The position numbers and the translations under genes were made by a program. The notes beneath the pieces were generated by a model that was given only the letters and a program-made list of their open reading frames with translations, did not search any database and had not been told where the DNA came from. Of a stretch of DNA of 64,000 nucleotides, positions 60,765 to 64,000 are shown in pieces (within the stretch, counting starts at the first letter, position 1; the number at the start of each line of letters is the position of its first letter). The DNA lies in contig CAXXJJ010000001.1 of the NCBI GenBank assembly GCA_963667015.2, positions 192,001 to 256,000 on the forward strand. Reading direction: 5' to 3'. The stretch comes from Desulfatiglandales bacterium (GTDB lineage Bacteria; Desulfobacterota; DSM-4660; Desulfatiglandales; HGW-15).

Positions 60765-62720
60765 GTGCGCCAAGCGCAGCTTGGTGCTTCTTATAGAGTG
60801 ACCTGTCACACTCAAGTAGTAAGGTATGACAGGAAGTCTTTATCGGGCAAAGCCTAGCCAGCAGCCCGTACCGAGTGTTGCGTGATTGGGAAGGATAGGC
60901 AGTATTATGATGCTGAACGACTCACACGAAGCGTACACAGGGAACACTATAGGCCGCAGGGAGGACGTACCCTCCTTAAGCAATTCAGCCCCGTTAGTTG
61001 CAATAGAGCAGTTGGCGACAGCCTTAACGAGTTGGAAGCCTGAATAATTGAATCGCAATGGCAAGATTCATGAGAGGCTGCCGGGGTCCGAGAGCGTGGC
61101 ATGTAGTGAGAGAAGCATCAGGAACTTGGGAGACCCTTAACGTCTCCTCCTTTAGAGAGGTAGGGAGTTACAACCAAAAGAAGGACAACCGAAGGACTTA
61201 AGGGAGTCAGATCATCTCATAGTACTCTGAGACGGTAGGGCCGATCACAGGAGCCTGCTTGGCAGGCCGGGGAAGGGGATGACGGTATTACGCAGTCCGC
61301 AAAGGAAACATATGCAGATAAGAAAGGCTGAACAACATATGCAAACCTCACTGCGGGGAATAGCAAAGAAAGCGAAGGAAGATCCTAAACACAAGTTCGG
61401 AAACCTCTACAGTCTCCTGAACGAGAGAAACCTAAAATGGAGCTTTCCTCAGCTAAACAGGAAAGCTGCCCCCGGAATAGATGACGTTGACTATAAAGAA
61501 TTCAAATCCAATCTGGATGAGAATATCAGGAATATAGTCATGGATTTGAAGGGTAAGAGGTATAAGGCAAAGCTTGTACGTCGTCGTTATATACCCAAAT
61601 CCGGGGGAAGAAGACCTCTGGGGATACCTGTTGTAGGAGACAAGACATTACAAACGGCAGCAGCCTCGATACTATCAGCAATATATGAGGCAGATTTTAT
61701 GCCGTTCAGTCATGGATACCGGAGAGGAAGAGGACCTCAGAAAGCGGCATTGAAACTAAGTGAACTGATCCACAGAGGAAAGTTCCGGTGGATAGTTGAT
61801 GCTGATATCAAGGGGTTCTTTGACAATCTAAATCATGACTGGCTGATCCGCATGTTGTCTGAGCGAATCAAAGATAAATCATTTCTTGGACTAATAAGGA
61901 AATGGTTAAAGGCAGGGATACTGGAGGAAGATGGTCAGGTGATATATCCTGTAACCGGAACTCCACAGGGCGGCACAGTATCGGCAGTTCTTGCAAATAT
62001 TTATCTTCATTATGCGCTGGATATATGGTTTGAGAAAGTAGTAAAGTCACGGTGCGATGGAGATGTAATACTGATGAGATATGCTGATGATTTTGTTGTC
62101 TGTTTTCAGTATCACCGGGATGCTCGAAGATTTTATAATGAACTGGGCGGAAGGCTCGGAAAGTTTGGTCTTGAGTTATCACAGGAAAAGACAAGAATGA
62201 TTGAATTTACAAGGTTTATAACCGAAGGGAGTAATGTATTTACCTTTCTGGGTTTTGAATACCGCTGGGGCGTGAGCAGGAAAGGAAAGCCTTTAGTAAA
62301 GATGCGAACGTCAAAGGGTAAATTCAAGGCAGCAATAGCCAACTTCTTATCCTGGATCAAGAAAGAGCGCAGTAAGCTTGGAACAAGGGCATTGTTCGTG
62401 AAGATGAGGCAGAAACTGCAGGGACACTTTAACTACTATGGAGTAAGTGGCAATATTGAAATGCTTATGAAATATTACCATGAAGCCTTGGAGATAATGT
62501 TTAAGTGGCTGAACCGCAGGAGCCAACGGAAAAGCTGTACGTTTAAAAGGTTCATAGGGATGGTTGAATATTTTAAAATACCCCGTCCCCGAATAATAGG
62601 ATATTGGGATTAACCGATCGCTTTTGTACGAAGCGAGTAATACTGAGGAGCCTTGTGCGGGAAAACCGCACGCAGGGATCTGCGAGGGGACGGTCAGGTA
62701 ACTGGCCGTTCTACCTTGAT
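60765..62720 (+). mobile_element. Group II intron B, copy 2 (apparently identical to copy 1)
   Basis: Same ends, constant 2751-bp offset, identical translated ORFs on both strands. Confidence 0.92.
61312..62613 (+). CDS. ltrA: Group II intron RT/maturase (second copy)
   Basis: Same protein sequence as copy 1 in the ORF track. Confidence 0.95.
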   Translation: MQIRKAEQHMQTSLRGIAKKAKEDPKHKFGNLYSLLNERNLKWSFPQLNRKAAPGIDDVDYKEFKSNLDENIRNIVMDLKGKRYKAKLVRRRYIPKSGGRRPLGIPVVGDKTLQTAAASILSAIYEADFMPFSHGYRRGRGPQKAALKLSELIHRGKFRWIVDADIKGFFDNLNHDWLIRMLSERIKDKSFLGLIRKWLKAGILEEDGQVIYPVTGTPQGGTVSAVLANIYLHYALDIWFEKVVKSRCDGDVILMRYADDFVVCFQYHRDARRFYNELGGRLGKFGLELSQEKTRMIEFTRFITEGSNVFTFLGFEYRWGVSRKGKPLVKMRTSKGKFKAAIANFLSWIKKERSKLGTRALFVKMRQKLQGHFNYYGVSGNIEMLMKYYHEALEIMFKWLNRRSQRKSCTFKRFIGMVEYFKIPRPRIIGYWD

Positions 62721-62738
62721 GCCCAAAAGGAAGAAAAC

Positions 62739-63584
62739 ATGACACCAAATACCAAAGCGCATAAAGCATACTGTATATCGTTCCGTTCGTTAATTCCATT
62801 TCTTCTAATCTCGTTCGGCTTAGCTTGGGGTATCCTGGGTTTATATATCTTTCTTTCGGAGAGAATGGTATCGGTGTTTGGGCAACTCACGGGCAACCAC
62901 CCACTATTTTTCCTGGCGGTGTATGCTCCTGCATTAGCGGCATTCATTCTTGTTGCCAGAAGCAGTGGACTCACCGGCCTGCGTAGATTTCTCGCAAGGG
63001 CTTTGCTCTGGCGCTGTAACGCTGCTTGGTATACCTTTCTGATTATTGGGATACCCCTAATTTTCATTGTCGGCTCTGGCATCAGAGGAAACCTTTTTTC
63101 GGAACCATTTCCATTTGCGTCCCTTCAAGCGTTATTTATTGGGTTGCTTTTAGCTGCCATGAAAGGCCCGATGGAAGAGTTCGGCTGGCGAGGTCTTGCA
63201 CTTCCTCTCTTGCAAAGGAAATTTGCTCCAATCTGGGCCGGGTTGATTCTTGGTATCATATGGGGGCTGTGGCATTTCCCTGCCTTCCTCTTAAGCGGAA
63301 CCCAGCAAAGCAAGTGGTCATTCACGGCGTTCTTTGCTGGGTGCTTGGCAATAAGCGTTATCGTGACGGCATTGTTCAATAGGTCACATGGCAGCATTCT
63401 GCTGTCAGCATTTTTCCACTTTCAGCTGATGAACCCGATCTTTCCAGATGCACAACCTTACGACACATACATTTTAATCGCCGTTGCCAGCCTAATTGTT
63501 TGGTTGAACCGCAAGGATATGTTTACAAAGGAAGGGGTAGTCACGGACGTCATTCCAAATCAGAGGAAAGTGACCGATGTCTAA
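62739..63584 (+). CDS. CPBP/CAAX (Abi) intramembrane metalloprotease (cassette 6)
   Basis: EEFGWRG, WGLWH, FFH motifs; start MTPNT at 62739 because the upstream part of the track ORF is intron sequence. Confidence 0.9.
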   Translation: MTPNTKAHKAYCISFRSLIPFLLISFGLAWGILGLYIFLSERMVSVFGQLTGNHPLFFLAVYAPALAAFILVARSSGLTGLRRFLARALLWRCNAAWYTFLIIGIPLIFIVGSGIRGNLFSEPFPFASLQALFIGLLLAAMKGPMEEFGWRGLALPLLQRKFAPIWAGLILGIIWGLWHFPAFLLSGTQQSKWSFTAFFAGCLAISVIVTALFNRSHGSILLSAFFHFQLMNPIFPDAQPYDTYILIAVASLIVWLNRKDMFTKEGVVTDVIPNQRKVTDV

Positions 63585-63642
63585 ATCAAAATCAACGTGA
63601 CCGGCGGAAAAGCTCGCCGGCTCGTTATTTAGCGCGTTATTG
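63579..63642 (+). other. attC site with apparent 1-bp loss in R''
   Basis: GTCTAA[-]ATCA AAATCAACG..CCGGCG/CGCCGG..CGTTATTT AGCGC GTTATTG. Confidence 0.75.
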
Positions 63643-63656
63643 CCGAATGAAGAACC

Positions 63657-64000
63657 ATGAAGATACGAAAAGTTAAACAGTCAGACTTTGCAGAATGGCT
63701 TCGGCTACGCAAACTGTTATTCACGGAATGTGAATCAGAAGAATTGATGCGTGAAATACGCGCCATATATTTCGATAGAAATGTGGTTGGGGAACTGGAT
63801 TACGTTGTTTATGTTGTTGATAATGAAAAATCGAAACTGTGTGGATTTTGCGAAACTTCTCTTCGAAAGCATGATCCGGTTTCCCAAGGTGGCCCGGTCG
63901 GATATGTTGAAAGCTTGTTTGTTGATGCAGAATTTCGCATGAAGAGATTTGCAAAAGGTATGCTCATTGAATGTGAAAAATGGGTAAGAAATCAAGACTG
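63657..64000 (+). CDS. GNAT acetyltransferase resembling AAC(6')-I (cassette 7, runs off the window)
   Basis: Manual translation MKIRKVKQSDFAEWLRLRKLLF...LCGFCETSLR...PVGYVESLFVDAEFR...ECEKWVR. Confidence 0.75.
   Translation, partial: MKIRKVKQSDFAEWLRLRKLLFTECESEELMREIRAIYFDRNVVGELDYVVYVVDNEKSKLCGFCETSLRKHDPVSQGGPVGYVESLFVDAEFRMKRFAKGMLIECEKWVRNQD

Larger units (their letters stand above)
54154..64000 (+). mobile_element. Integron gene-cassette array (at least 7 units, no integrase in window)
   Basis: Five attC sites with AAC/GTT cores and bulged L boxes; in four cassettes the 5' GTT end matches the cassette's own R''; AT-rich single-gene units. Confidence 0.88.

Noticed and set aside
55695..62613. 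RTs as retron, DGR, Abi or CRISPR-associated RTs
   Set aside because: Each has YADD and domain X, is followed by domain V/VI RNA, and has definable exon junctions, so they are group II intron proteins.
62604..62738. N-terminal extension of the CAAX protease ORF
   Set aside because: It lies mostly within intron domains V-VI; the cassette gene starts at 62739.

Overview
Chromosomal window from an anaerobe whose gene content (desulfoferrodoxin, rubrerythrin, CooS, DVU0298-like protein, sigma-54 activator) suggests a deltaproteobacterium of the Desulfobacterota type (inference). 1-31 kb: mostly housekeeping and metabolic genes (acyl-CoA/CoA-transferase/BKACE cluster, pbpC, esterases, MATE, two-component genes, mntP, trxC), an alpha-2-macroglobulin gene split by an IS630, and a RhuM-Fic gene split by an in-frame stop. 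31-33.5 kb: a cluster of intact and decaying toxin-antitoxin genes. 33.6-50.5 kb: a large, probably sigma-54-driven oxidative/nitrosative stress locus containing a CO dehydrogenase, an octaheme cytochrome and an exported Ni-SOD. 52-53.6 kb: a hipBST-like operon whose kinase is broken by a 59-bp insertion (30-bp duplication plus a short inverted copy of nearby DNA). From about 54.15 kb to the end: an integron cassette array with an attI-like site and no integrase in view. Three group II introns of two different lineages are inserted in the sense orientation into attC R' cores, and each carries a loop sequence (candidate EBS1) complementary to the conserved CGTTA(G) core. The last cassette, running off the window, encodes an AAC(6')-I-like acetyltransferase. 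All calls come from reading the sequence and motif recognition; no searches or alignments were run.
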